DNA of 64,000 nt from Macrostomum hystrix (taxonomy: Eukaryota > Animalia > Platyhelminthes): assembly GCA_950097015.1 (NCBI GenBank), contig CATNEN010000001.1:7440001-7504000 (forward strand), given 5' to 3'. Below the pieces are notes generated by a model that saw only the letters and a list, made by a program, of their open reading frames with translations, ran no database searches and was not told the DNA's origin. The translations under genes were made by a program, and so were the position numbers. Position 1 is the stretch's first letter, and each line of letters opens with the position of its first letter. Below, piece after piece: positions 12,168-25,200 of the stretch.

Positions 12168-14204
12168 TGCGCTATTTATCTTATAACATAGCTAAGTTAA
12201 ACATATTCTATGGTAGAAAGTTGGGGGTTCGCCCCCGCACCCCCAATTTCTTACCCCGGCTTATAGCTTGTTCTCACTGACAGTTCAAACCCACAGTGGC
12301 AGCTCTCTCCACTAATTTCTATGTCTATGGGCAGAACCAATGCATCAGGCTCCAGGAATGCCATCCCGAAGGGCGAGCCGGGAATAAGCGCCATTCTTAT
12401 TTGAGCCAGCGTGCGGGAATGAAGGCAGTCGTGCAGGAATGAAATAATCTATGGCCAAATCTCCACTGTTTTACACATGGACATCGTGCACGAATGACAC
12501 TCTCCGTTCCTGCACGCAAACAATTTATTTATATGTATTTTACTTATTTTTAACCCCCTCTCTCTTTCCTGCCTCCACACTTTATTCTTAATATGAATTT
12601 TGTCTATGGTTATAGAATGGCTCAAATAAGAATGAAATTCATGAACGCTTACTCGTGCGTGGCCAAAGCCATTGACGCACTCGTAAGCGTTCAAGAATTA
12701 TACATTTCTGGACTCTCTAACCGGAAGGAATATACCATTCTTCACACACACAGAGGCATCCATCTTAGTGCATTTCTATGGACGAAACCCCTGAAGAAGC
12801 GCTTACAATTACAAGTACATGCGTGTACTAAATACATACAGGATAAACACCAATACGGAGAGTTAAGATTGATTTAAAATCGTTGAATTTCACATTGTTT
12901 TCTTCATTCCTTGAGCCAAAATGCAAGTGTGCGCTTGTATTTTGGAATATGGAATTTAAGAACTTGTTGTTACTCTAAAGAAACATATTTTTTCGATTTC
13001 ACTTAGCTCAAACCATTCTTTACTAGTCTCATGAGCTAGAAGCCTTAAAGAAAATAGAAAATGTTAGAAAATGCTGAACGAAACCGCTAGCTACAGCTGA
13101 ACTTTTATAGATGATTTAAAAAGCGAGCGATTCGTGAAAAAATAGACCATTTATTAGTCCATAAAATCATTTTCGGCTTTTTTTCAGGTTTCAAATCAAG
13201 GCCGGCTTCCTCCTACAGTCATGCAACTAGCCAACATGTTCACGTTAGTGACGCCACACTTTTCCGTGTGGTTATAAACATAGATCTCGCTTTTAAGTTC
13301 TCACTACTAATAGAAACAAAATGAAAAGCGTGAAAATAATTTCTAAAACCGAGCTCAACAGCGACAAACTTTAATAGGATCAGAAATCTTACAAAACTCA
13401 ATTAAACTCAATTTTCGCTATATCCGCGATATAACGCGAATGCTTTTACACAAAAACTTCGTATTTCTACCATGCCGTGTGTTAAAACAAGTTATTTACT
13501 TGTTTGATTCCTTCGTCTCTCGTCCTTCGTCTTCGTATTTACTCGTACTTCGTCTGCAAAGAATAAATGGTTGATTTTTTACGTCTGAATGCAATATAAG
13601 AGAGCTAATTTTTCAAAATGAGACTTTTATTGTTTGACATCGCTTAAGGGTTTTATTAATTTTCTATATTAGCCAAGTAGATATTGGTAAACCCAGTTAT
13701 TTAAATCATTTGGAAAAAATGTAACGTTGATGTAATTATTGCAGAGTTTCACAAAAAGCCATTTTAGAAAGACTAGACACCTTTAGGACGTTTAGTAGAC
13801 TCACCTGTCTAAAGAGAAAATTTAAAAATTTCATTTTTACACGCTACACGTTCATGAGGAGCGGAATTGCTAGTAAAATAACCGTGCGTGACTAAAGGAC
13901 GTTTAAAACTTGAACAATAACGGAGTGCTCTAATGATTTGGGAGCGAATGCTTCTCAAGGACGACTACTCCTAGTGGTCCTTGATGCTTCAATGATTATT
14001 AATCGTCAGTACAAAATGACGGCCCTTTTTAAGACAAAAACATGCACTTTTTTGCCTTGGAAAGACTTCTAAAAGAGCTCGGCTGTAGATTAGTCTGAAA
14101 CTCATGGGACAAGATTCTTGGTGTTACTTCAACGTTTACCCAACCGTTTACCTAATAAATTACGTTTTCATTGATGCTGAATCGAAAAGAGCTCTATGCT
14201 TTAA

Positions 14205-15000
14205 ATCCACCTCTGTTTTCCAAAAACATCCCGAATATAACATGCAAAAGTTCCGCATATTTATCCTGCCATAACATGTTACTGTAGCGTCTCATCATGA
14301 CCTTCCATCGTACCGTACTTGCCATTCCAGAAAAGTCGCCGTCAGACTACAAATTGACTGTTCAATATTTTTCTAGAAACTTCCACTCTAAGAACAAATG
14401 ATCTGTAAAGCACATAATAACTATAATCAAATATCATCCATGTAAATAACATCATCACGCGCTACAATATTAAAGTTACTTAAACTGTATTGCACTAGCT
14501 TTGTTATAACTCTTTCAACTTTCTAGAATTTTCCGGAAATGCATGTTTTCATCTATAAATATAGAGCCACCATCGACGTCATTTTCTTTAACCCTTCGAG
14601 CTCACGCTCTCATTGATAATCAACAAAAGAGAAAACCACCGCCTCGCTCCTACCTTTTTTGGGAACCAATCCCCTACATTACCGTGTTACAGTTACATTA
14701 TAATTTTTTTTAATTATTAATAATGTAATTTTATATTAATGAATACTTTCAGCGGCTTGAAACATAAGTCCAAATACTATAGAAATGCAAAACTATAACA
14801 ATTAGACATACATCACAGGACCTGCAAAGTAACACTGACATGTAGTAACAATAAGCTAGTTACAATTTATACGTTTGCTTTCACTATTTACTTTCATAGA
14901 AGCTCGAATTCTGTAACACGGTAACATGTTATCGCAGGGTAAATATGCGAAACTTTTGCATGTTATATTCGGGGTGTTTTTGGAAAACAGCCCCCTTTAA
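14205..15000. mobile_element. Non-autonomous TIR element (~90-bp arms; right end CCCCTTTAA, Kolobok-like), left arm interrupted by a solo LTR
   Basis: ctgttttccaaaaacatcccgaatataacatgcaaaagttccgcatatttatcctgccataacatgttac[LTR]cgtgttacag is the reverse complement of ~14911-14990. Confidence 0.75.
14283..14678 (+). mobile_element. Solo LTR (396 bp)
   Basis: TGTAG...CTACA termini, 4-bp TSD TTAC (14279-82 / 14679-82), internal TATAAATA; removing it restores the host TIR. Confidence 0.85.
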
Positions 15001-16050
15001 ATCTCTAATATATGTCAGTCCGTCATTGGTTGCCTCGCCTGCTTGTCTGCTAAATGGGGCATAGGTTGCCCCATAGGTTGCTTGGATACTATGAGAAAGA
15101 TTCGTTGTCTGCTGAAGTAAGGACATTGTGCTGTTTGAATAAAATCATTTTTAAAAAGTTCGTTCCAAAGTTTTTTAGCGAAAGGTGTACTGTAGGGCCG
15201 GCAAAAAAGAGATATTAATAGGTTGCAAGGTGCACTTTCTCGGATAACCTGGTGTGGGGATATTGATTGCTTCTTTGGTGGAGCATTCGTTGACTGTTAA
15301 TGGGGAATATTTTTATCTTATAAGACGGTAACAGTAGCTCGCTGCTAAAGGGGGGCATTGGCTGACTGCTTGGGGGACATTGGCTGCCTGCTGGACGGAG
15401 AATCATAGGTTCTCTGTTGCTAGGAAGAAATTGGCTTTCTGGCGCTGGTGGGGAACATTTTTCGTCTGCTAAATGTTCTTTTAGGCCATGCTTGGAGGGG
15501 GTTAAATGGCTAGTTCATATGCTGTCACCTCGGTAAAAAATAATCACAAAGATGTTCAGAAGAAAATGAATATAGAAAGTATAGAAAGTACTTTAAAGGT
15601 GAAGAGTAAGAGTACAGAGTAAAGCGAGTCCTAAACTGTCTGGGACTCAAATCAGAAGAGGTTTGTTCTCCACTGCTGTTGCTGATGCTTATTCTAGTTC
15701 TTCTCCTGGAAGCCGGCAAGCACTTTAAGGTCGTCGAGCTGTCTGTCGGTGGACACGGACATTTGAAGATGGTCTTCGGAGTCTAGCTCGTCATGTGACG
15801 CTCCTGTTAGGAGACTGCAGTTCCGCTACTTCTGCTGCTGTTGCCGCTGATGCTTCTGCATTTCTAGAACTACTTCAGGTCTGCACAGTCTGCTGCTGTC
15901 TGTTTTACGTAGCTGGCACCTGCTTTCTCTGAAGATTCGAGAACAAGCGCGAGTTGAGAACATTCAATTAAAACATAAAAATTATAAACGAAATACTACA
16001 AGTAGGAGTTACTTAAAATCACAGATAATATATAACTTATATATTATATA

Positions 16051-17205
16051 TTATCTGTGCTTAAAATCGACGAACCTGGTAGGCTGAAGTTCAATTCCCT
16101 CCAGCTCTCGCTCACGCCGTTTCGCTTGTCGCAGCTTGGCGAGCTCTCGCAGCTGCTTCTCCAAACGTCTTCGGTGCTGCCTACGTCGAAGTCGGTGACG
16201 ATGCTGTCGCCAGAGCCTCCGTTGCTGCTGGCTGCCTCGCTGCAGGAAGTGGCGCACGGGCTGACTGTAGCGCAGCAGCACCAGAAAGTTCAGGCAAGAG
16301 TCCAGCGGCACAAACGCCATGCCCCACGTGGCCAACTGCTCCAGAATCTGAAGGGTGTCAAAGTGCGACTGCAACAGCGGCAAGCGCAGCCGGTCCAACA
16401 GGTAAGAGCAGGTCACAGCGTAGGTAACAGCCAGTGGAAATTCTAATAGTAAAAAGCCGATGGAGAGAGTCAGGACCATCTTGGTGACTCGGTTCGTTGC
16501 TCGGTGATGCACCAGTCGATAGCGCAGGCCGTAGGCGATTGTGGCAGTGGCTGCCAGAATCAGCAAGCCAGGCAGCATGACGCCAGCGGCTGCGAAGCTG
16601 ATCGATTTAACCAGGTAGGAGCGGATGTAAGCTTTGAGGGCTTCCGAAGCCTCTGCCGAGTCGCCAGCAGCCGCCGTAGAGTTGGCGTAACCACTGACTG
16701 TTGTATTCGAGGGCGTTTTAGCCAGCAGAGTCAACGCCGACAAGCAAACGATGACGAACACGATCGTCAGCTGATGTCTGGCTCCGAAATAATTGTTGCT
16801 CTGAGCGGCCAGCTGAGGTCGTATTGTGATGGCCATTCGGTGCAGAGTGACTGCCAGTAGCCAGTAGTTGCGAGTCATCTGCATCGCGTGCACACTGAGG
16901 CCCAGCTCCTCAGGTGGCCCGTCTGTGTCCTTGGCTACTCGCTGGCTGATAAACATGGCCAGGAAAGCGAGACTAAGCAGGATCTCCATCACCGTCAGCA
17001 CCTGCATGCCAGATGATCTCTCGCACACCTTGCTGCGAACCAGAATGACAAGAAGGAGGCAGTTCAATACTAGGGCGCCGATGGAGAACACGGCGATGAA
17101 GCCGGTTGCAGCCAGGACAGACGGGGTAACAGCTTCGAAGCCTGCGCTAGCCTGGGGTGACGAGGAGGAATTCAGCAGAGCGGCTGTAGCGTTTCTGGCG
17201 TTCAT
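16051..17205 (-). CDS. Rhodopsin-class (class A) orphan/peptide-type GPCR
   Basis: Seven hydrophobic segments; TM1 LNCLL, TM3 RNYWLLAVTLHRMAITIRP (DRY position reads HRM), TM5 LPG, TM6 FLLLEFP, TM7 DSCLNFLV; N-terminal NxS/T sites; possible extra 3' exon after an intron at 15929-16075. Confidence 0.85.
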   Translation of the reverse strand: MNARNATAALLNSSSSPQASAGFEAVTPSVLAATGFIAVFSIGALVLNCLLLVILVRSKVCERSSGMQVLTVMEILLSLAFLAMFISQRVAKDTDGPPEELGLSVHAMQMTRNYWLLAVTLHRMAITIRPQLAAQSNNYFGARHQLTIVFVIVCLSALTLLAKTPSNTTVSGYANSTAAAGDSAEASEALKAYIRSYLVKSISFAAAGVMLPGLLILAATATIAYGLRYRLVHHRATNRVTKMVLTLSIGFLLLEFPLAVTYAVTCSYLLDRLRLPLLQSHFDTLQILEQLATWGMAFVPLDSCLNFLVLLRYSQPVRHFLQRGSQQQRRLWRQHRHRLRRRQHRRRLEKQLRELAKLRQAKRRERELEGIELQPTRFVDFKHR

Positions 17206-17946
17206 TTCTTCCGGCCTAGAATGTTAGCTGTATGAAGACGCGTGAGCAGAAAACAGCGTACCTTGCGTTTCATTCCATTCTATTTTATTCCCCGCTTGAT
17301 ACCTGTGCTGACAGAGATAAGAAAAGTGTCTGATTGGCTGATATCCACTACAGCTGCATCCGCTTGCTGAAAGAGATCTGGGCCAACCTCCCACACGGCC
17401 CAGGTTGGGTGGGCAAATCACTGATTGAGCACAGTTAGGCGTAGAGTCGGCAATAATCAGCTATCAGCCTTCCAATAGTCGTTGATCTCAGTGCCTGCCA
17501 GTCAGGTGTCAACCGTCTATACACCTCTGATGCTCTTCTATGCGTAGAAAACAGGGATTTGTTTACTCTGCATAGCTGATCAGTATTCGTCCTGAGTAAC
17601 ATAATCTCAACCTCGTCAACACAGCTATTTATGGCCAGTTATTAATTTTGCATGCCACAAAACAAGGCGACTGGAATGCATGATACACAGTGTTCCGTGA
17701 CTCGCATTGAAATCAAAACACCCTCTTTAATAGTAAGTGAAGCGAAATTTTCGTCTGGTAAGACGAGAGCAAAAGAGACAAAAGTTGCTTTTGTCAAGGA
17801 ATCAAGTTTAGGTTGTCTAAGCGTTAGTTAGAAAAGCTAAAGAGATTGTTAAACATAAGCAGTCAGCCCCAGACTACGTCTGGCTTTTAGTGCTGTAAAA
17901 TAGAGATAATAGAGACAGACGGGTCGAGAACTACCAAGGACATCTG

Positions 17947-17980
17947 TCTATCTATCTATCTATCTATCTATCTATCGATA

Positions 17981-18032
<52 letters not shown>
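17947..18032. repeat. (TCTA)n microsatellite
   Basis: Direct. Confidence 0.97.
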
Positions 18033-18040
18033 GAATCGAC

Positions 18041-18616
18041 AAATAGGATATTCCCGGTTGCTCATACTGCTCAAATGGGATATTCCCAGTTGCTCATACT
18101 GCTCGAATGGGATATTCCCAGTTGCTCATACTGCTCAAATGGGATATTCCCAGTTGCTCATACTGCTCGAATGGGATATTCCCGGTTGCTCATACTGCTC
18201 AAATAGGATATTCCCGGTTGCTCATACTGCTCAAATAGGATATTCCCGGTTGCTCATACTGCTCAAATAGGATATTCCCGGTTGCTCATACTGCTCGAAT
18301 GGGATATTCCCTGTTGCTCATACTGCTCGAATGGGATATTCCCTGTTGCTCATACTGCTCAAATAGGATATTTCTGATTGCTCATACTGCTCAAATGGGA
18401 TATTCCCGATTGCTCATACTGCTCGAATAGGACATTCCCGGTTGCTCATACTGCTCAAATAGGATATTCTCGGTTGCTCGTACTGCTCAAATAGGATATT
18501 CCCTGTTGCTCATACTGCTCAAATAGGATATTCCCGGTTGCTCATACTGCTCAAATAGGATATTCCCGGTTTCTCATACTGCTCGAATAGGATATTCTCG
18601 GTTGCTCATACTGCTC
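18041..18616. repeat. 32-bp tandem repeat (~18 copies)
   Basis: Unit aggatattcccggttgctcatactgctcaaat. Confidence 0.95.
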
Positions 18617-18937
18617 CGAGAGGAGAGGTTGTAGCCTAGTGTTTAAGGCGTCGGACTCATGACTTGAAGGTCGGGGGTTCGATCCCGACTCCACTGGAAC
18701 AATTTGCGTCCTTTAGCAAGAGACTTAACTCTGCATTGCTTCAGTTCACCCAGCTGTTAAATGGGTACCAGCATCAGCTGGGATAATTGAAGATGGGTGT
18801 GGCGTCCCCCCAGTCCGTGGACTGAACAGCTGTACGCAGCCTTCAGATGCGCCGCGCATTAGCTGCGGCTGTGCTGTCGGCTGCACATCTGACCCAATTG
18901 GGGCAGGTGTAATCAATTATTATTATTATTATTATTA
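18617..18937 (+). mobile_element. Full-length SINE family A (tRNA head + CORE-like domain + 3' hairpin + (ATT)n tail)
   Basis: A box TAGCCTAGTG, B box GGTTCGATCC; central tcctttagcaagagacttaactctgcattgcttcagttcacccagctgttaaatggg resembles the MIR CORE domain; 11-bp TSD tcatactgctc (18606-16 / 18938-48). Confidence 0.92.
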
Positions 18938-19409
18938 TCATACTGCTCAAATAGGATCTCAAGGCATTTTTCTTCTGTGGCTAATGTCTGTGTCTATTTA
19001 ATGTGTCGTACACTGTTCCAGTATTAATCAATTCAGTTTTTATCACAGCTGCACCTTTGGGCATAAGTAATTAAGTGACACTGAATGAATGTCCTGTAAT
19101 AGCTTACTGAACGATAATTTGCATGCCAAATCATAATGCTGCAGCAGGAGCTACAGACAGACGTGCAAGATACTTAGTCCTTCGACAGTCTTTTAGTTTG
19201 ATTGGTTAAAACTAGCTGGTTAATATTTCTGTGTGTTATTCTTTTGCGTAGCTCATATCGTACTCGACATTCATATAATACAGTTGCTATTGGGAAGTGA
19301 AGTTAGATTAGTCACAGTCAGCTTTCTTATAGAAATCGTTACGTTGTGTAATTCCTATTTCATCACTATGAGTATGAGCTATTCAAAAAATCCTAACTAA
19401 CTTCATTTA

Positions 19410-19737
19410 ATGGGTCAGTGGCAGAGCAGTTAACCAGTTTGCCCCTCACACCCCGAGGTCCCTGAGCTCGAATTCGCGGCGAGGCCACATTTATTTGGGG
19501 CGCAGCCGCGGAGAGAAGGCTTGGGGGCTTGTCGTGCAATTTACGCCCTTTAGGGCCAACCTCAAAGGCACAGTGAGAGTGTACACCACCTGACGATGAG
19601 AAAGTCAGGGCAGATGTACACACCTGTGTGCGTGTGCGCTCAGGAGCCAGCGAGATGGGCAGAATTGCCTCGTCGCTGGTTGCAGGTCTAGTGTCATCAA
19701 ATGAAATTGTTATTACTATCATTATCATTATTATCAT
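19410..19737 (+). mobile_element. SINE family B (tRNA-Ala-like head)
   Basis: gtggcagagc A box, gctcgaattc B box, gtgtacac hairpin, ATT/ATC tail; ~10 copies or fragments in the window. Confidence 0.88.
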
Positions 19738-20292
19738 ACAGTTGAAATTATTAAAACAAATGATCTTTTAGGTTATTGCTTTTAACCATAAGTTGTCTTG
19801 AGCTGGAGAAAAGCAGATTTATTGTGATTACTTTTCAGAATTCGACTGGTTAGATTTTTAGTCTTGCAGAAAAAAAGACAATGAAATCATTGACACGCCC
19901 AGTCGCACACAATCACAGAGAGAGATAGAGAGAGAGTGGGGAATGACTATAATTAAATTAATTGACTGCTTACAATCGGTATTGAAAAAAAAACTGCATT
20001 GAAATGCATGTCACAGGACGTCTTTTTAAGGCAAGTCAGAAAAACAGGTGACTGTGTTAAGCTCATTGTTAACTGAACCCGGGTGACCTATAGATGGTGC
20101 TGCTGTTAACTAGCCATTATAGTTATTGCCCTTATTTACCATGCCTTCGGCAGAGCAGTCACGTGCTGAAAAACAACATCCTTTTGTTTTAATGACAGGT
20201 TGTCAGGTGTAATTCACTTAAAAGCTTCAGTTGTTTTCAAGCTAGCGTGATTTCAATCAAACTTTGAAATTATAGTCGATTGATTTTGAAAA

Positions 20293-21779
20293 ATCACTGA
20301 ATTCACACATTTGTCACTGAATTCACACATTTGTCACTGAATTCACACATTTGTCACTGAATTCACACATTAATCACTGAATTCACACCTTAATCACTGA
20401 ATTCACACCTTAATCACTGAATTCACACCTTAATCACTGAATTCACACCTTAATCACTGAATTCACACATTAATCACTGAATTCACACCTTAATCACTGA
20501 ATTCACACCTTAATCACTGAATTCACACCTTAATCACTGTATTCACACCTTAATCACTGAATTCACACCTTAATCACTGAATTCACACCTTAATCACTGA
20601 ATTCACACCTTAATCACTGAATTCACACCTTAATCACTGAATTCACACCTTAATCACTGAATTCACACATTAATCACTGAATTCACACCTTAATCACTGA
20701 ATTCACACCTTAATCACTGAATTCACACCTTAATCACTGTATTCACACCTTAATCACTGAATTCACACCTTAATCACTGAATTCACACCTTAATCACTGA
20801 ATTCACACCTTAATCACTGAATTCACACCTTAATCACTGAATTCACACCTTAATCACTGTATTCACACCTTAATCACTGAATTCACACCTTAATCACTGA
20901 ATTCACACCTTAATCACTGAATTCCCACCTTAATCACTGAATTCACACCTTAATCACTGAATTCACACCTTAATCACTGAATTCACACCTTAATCACTGA
21001 ATTCACACATTAATCACTGAATTCACACCTTAATCACTGAATTCACACCTTAATCACTGAATTCACACCTTAATCACTGAATTCACACCTTAATCACTGA
21101 ATTCACACATTAATCACTGAATTCACACCTTAGTCACTGAATTCACACCTTAGTCACTGAATTCACACCTTAATCACTGAATTCACACATTAATCACTGA
21201 ATTCACACCTTAATCACTGAATTCACACCTTAATCACTGAATTCACACCTTAATCACTGAATTCACACCTTAATCACTGAATTCACACCTTAGTCACTGA
21301 ATTCACACCTTAGTCACTGAATTCACACCTTAGTCACTGAATTCAAACCTTAATCACTGAATTCACACATTAATCACTGAATTCACACCTTAATCACTGA
21401 ATTCACACCTTAATCACTGAATTCACACCTTAATCACTGAATTCACACCTTAATCACTGAATTCCCACCTTAATCACTGAATTCACACCTTAGTCACTGA
21501 ATTCACACCTTAATCACTGAATTCACACCTTAATCACTGAATTCACACCTTAATCACTGAATTCAAACCTTAATCACTGAATTCCCACCTTAATCACTGA
21601 ATTCACACCTTAATCACTGAATTCAAACCTTAATCACTGAATTCACACCTTAATCACTGAATTCAAACCTTAATCACTGAATTCACACCTTAATCACTGA
21701 ATTCACACCTTAATCACTGAATTCACACCTTAATCACTGAATTCACACCTTAATTACTGAATTCACACCTTAATTACTG
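20293..21779. repeat. 20-bp tandem repeat (~74 copies)
   Basis: Unit taatcactgaattcacacct. Confidence 0.98.
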
Positions 21780-22266
21780 TCGGCTGCACGTCTGGGCCTT
21801 TTTGAGGCAGATTTCATAAATTAAAAATATTTTAAGTAAAATTTTCACAGCAGGAAAAAATGAAAGAACCACAAATTGTGCAAAGTCTTTCATCTCGTAG
21901 TTTAAATTTACAATAAGATGGCTTGAAATAAATTCATGATATATTTTACCAACCAGTGTGATGTTTAACTACTCTAAAAAATTTCAAGCAAACCAGTTTT
22001 AAATGTACTAACTGCTTGGTGTTCTGGGGATAATCTATTCTTGATCGATTTTTTGGATTATATACGACTCAAAGTGTATTTTTTTAACCATAGTGATTGC
22101 CATAGACAATCTCAGAGGCAGACCTGAGTGATCTAGAGTTAGAAAGTCACTCGGCTCTCGAAAATTCGACTGCGGTCTTTTATTGGGTGTTCCCAAGGTG
22201 TTCCCGAGGCCATAGACAATAATTTTCGAGGAAAACTGTCTATGCTAATCAGATGAGACTAAACTA

Positions 22267-25200
22267 TTACCCAGACCGTAAAGCTAGGCTTAAATTGCCG
22301 AACTGAGTGATTTTCGGTGGTAGAACGGACAGCAGGATGTACATTACAGTTGCGAGTAGTAAAATGACGGCTAGAAATGCCCTAAGAATGAATTTCTCAA
22401 ATTTAGTCTTCTTTCTAGCCTGTAGTGACGTCAGCCGCCGCCTATTGGACGCCGCAACACTGCCACCAAGGCTGCTGCCAGAGCCTGAAACTTCAGCGTC
22501 CGAGTCGTCATCGGAATGCTCGGTGCCAAGGAAGTTTCTTAGCCAAACACTGAACAATGCCCGCCAGTTAATGCGTCTATCACGGTGGCGTTTGGCAGCT
22601 TTGGCTGAAGCTTGATCGAGGGATAATTGTGTGGTTAGATAGGGGTTTGGAGGGTTACAGGCGTGATTAGATAGGGGTTTGGAGGGTTACAGGTGTGATT
22701 AGATAGGGTTCGGAGGGTTACAGGCGTGATTAGATAGGGGTTTGGAGGGTAACAGGCGTGATTAGATAGGGGTTTGGAGGGTTACATGTGTGATTAGATA
22801 GGGGTTTGTAGTATAACAGGTGTGATTAGATAGGTGTTTGGAGGGTTACAGGTTTGATTAGTTAGGGGTTCGGAGGGTTACAGGTTTGATTAGTTAGGGG
22901 TTTGGAGGGTTGCAAGTGTGATTAGATAGGGGTTTGGAGGGTTACATGTGTGATTAGATAGGTGTTTGGAGGGTTACAGGTGTAATTAGATAGGGGTTTG
23001 TAGTATAACAGGTGTGATTAGATAGGGGTTTGGAGGGTTACAGGTGTGATTAGATAGGGGTTCGGAGGGTTACAGGTGTGATTAGATAGGTGTTTGGAGG
23101 GTTACAGGTGTGGTTAGATAGGGGTTTGGAGGGTTACAGGTGTGGTTAGATAGGTGTTTGGAGGGTTACAGGTGTGGTTAGATAGGGGTTCGGAGGGTTA
23201 CAGGTGTGATTAGATAGGTGTTCGGAGGGTTACAGGTGTGATTAGATAGGGGTTCGGAGGGTTACAGGTGTGATTAGATAGGTGTTCGGAGGGTTACAGG
23301 TGTGATTAGATAGGGGTTCGGAGGGTTACAGGTGTGATTAGATAGGGGTTTGGAGGGTTACAGGTGTGAATTTAATTATTATTAATTATTAATGGACGGA
23401 AGCCAAACCTGCATTTCCACCAGTACGTAGGTCCTGCATCTCGTTGGACTCGCCAAGCGATTTTTTCCCGTCGCCAGCAGCAACTGCTGTGGTTTCTCGC
23501 ATTTTCGCCTCGCCTCTAGCACAGGCTGAAGCCGTCATTTCAGCATCTTCGTCTGGCTCGTCGAGACTGAAGATCGTCAGATTGCGAATTCGAGTTATCG
23601 GCGGAGGCTGCGTGAACAGACTGACGGCTATCACAATGACCAGTGTGGACAGGGTGGAAGCCAGGGCAAAGTACATGTAGTGCGGCAACAGGTCCACTAC
23701 CCAGCGAGGACGAAGGTCGGGATCGCCGCAGGCCGGCTCCGTGAAGACGCTGGTTATGACCAGACGAATGGCACCGATGACAAAGCCCCAGCTGAGAGCG
23801 GAGAAAGCAGCCTGGATTATCCGAATGGTAATTATCTGGTAGAGCAGTGTTTGGCTAGGTCTATAGCAGGTTTTAGTTGGTCTAGGACTCTCGCACCAAG
23901 GTCCCTGAGCTCGATTCCGCGGCGGGTCCACATTCATTTGGGGTGCAGCCGCGGAGAAAAGGCTTGTGCAATTTACGCCCTTGAGGGCCAACCTCCAAGG
24001 CACAGTGAGAGTGCACACTGCCTGACAATGAGAAAATCATGGCAGATGTACACACCTGTGTGCGTGTGTGGTCAGGAGTCAGCGAAACGGGCATTGTTTT
24101 TTCTATTTAACATGATCCTACGATTGCTTGTCTAACATTTACTCATAGGAAGAGAGGTTGTAGCCAAGTGGTTAGAGCGTCGGACTCAAGACTTAAAGGT
24201 CGGGGGTTCGATTCCTGACTTCACTGACTTCCTGACTACAATTTGTGTCCTTTAGCAAGGCACTTTAGCCTACGAGCTACATTGCTTCAGTTCGCCGAGC
24301 TGTTAAATGGGTACCAGCATTAGCTGGGATAATTGAAGGTGGGCCATGGACTGAACAGCCGTACGCAGGAAGAGAGCATAGGAAGAGAGCAGTCCGACTT
24401 ACAATCTCATTGGCGCGATGCCATAGAATGGCCATTGTGTACACAGTAGCTATTGGCGGCGCCAAGTTAGCAACCACATCCTGAATGTAGATTAGCAGCT
24501 GGCTGCCCTGCATTGTGGTGATGATTGGTATCCAGGCTATTGACAGTAGTACCACCGCTAGCACTGTCAACCTGTCATGGAGATTAGACAGTGATTTGAC
24601 TTTTAACATCAAATGCTATAAGCCCGAACTATATTCCTTCAACTCCCTGACTCACTTGCCAACAATGAGTTGCTCTCGCACAGACGCTTTAGGACGGATT
24701 TTGGCGTAGATGTCTATGGTAAAAAGTGTCGAAGCCGAGTTGAATATCGAAGTGAGATCGGTGATCAGCGCTGACACCATAACGGCTAGAAGCAGGCCAC
24801 GAAGACCTGTTATTCGTATTGTCAAATTCACAGGAATACGTGAATAAAAAGTCTATAAAATTGATAAGAATTAATCTAGTTTTAAAACCTCGTACCCATG
24901 GGCAAGATGGATACAACCAGTTGTGGAAATGCCAGATTAGAGCAGCCGGCCCTACTACCACAGATTTGTTCGCATGTGTCCGGGTCAGCGCAGGCCACAA
25001 TGTCTGCGGGTTTGAAAAGAGCATTCCAAAATTTTGCCTAATATCAAATCCAGCTACTTACAGTAGAGTGAAGCGGATTTTGTTTATAATAGCTTCTCTT
25101 CGGTGTAGACGAAAAGCTGAACAGTTCAGTACAGTAAATTAATATTGTTTCATTACGTGTCAAGTAAGTGTCAGACTGTACTAGTGAGTATCAGACTGTA

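Noticed and set aside
16057-17227. Plus-strand ORFs overlapping the GPCR (and similar shadow ORFs over other genes)
   Set aside because: Antisense or alternative-frame shadows of GC-rich coding sequence
18620-18695. tRNA genes at SINE heads
   Set aside because: The anticodon position varies among copies (CAT/CAA/CAC), the acceptor stem is poor, and each runs into a SINE body with a tail and TSD
22629-23369. Interstitial telomeric repeat
   Set aside because: G-rich, but no tandem TTAGGG; the unit is ~32 bp
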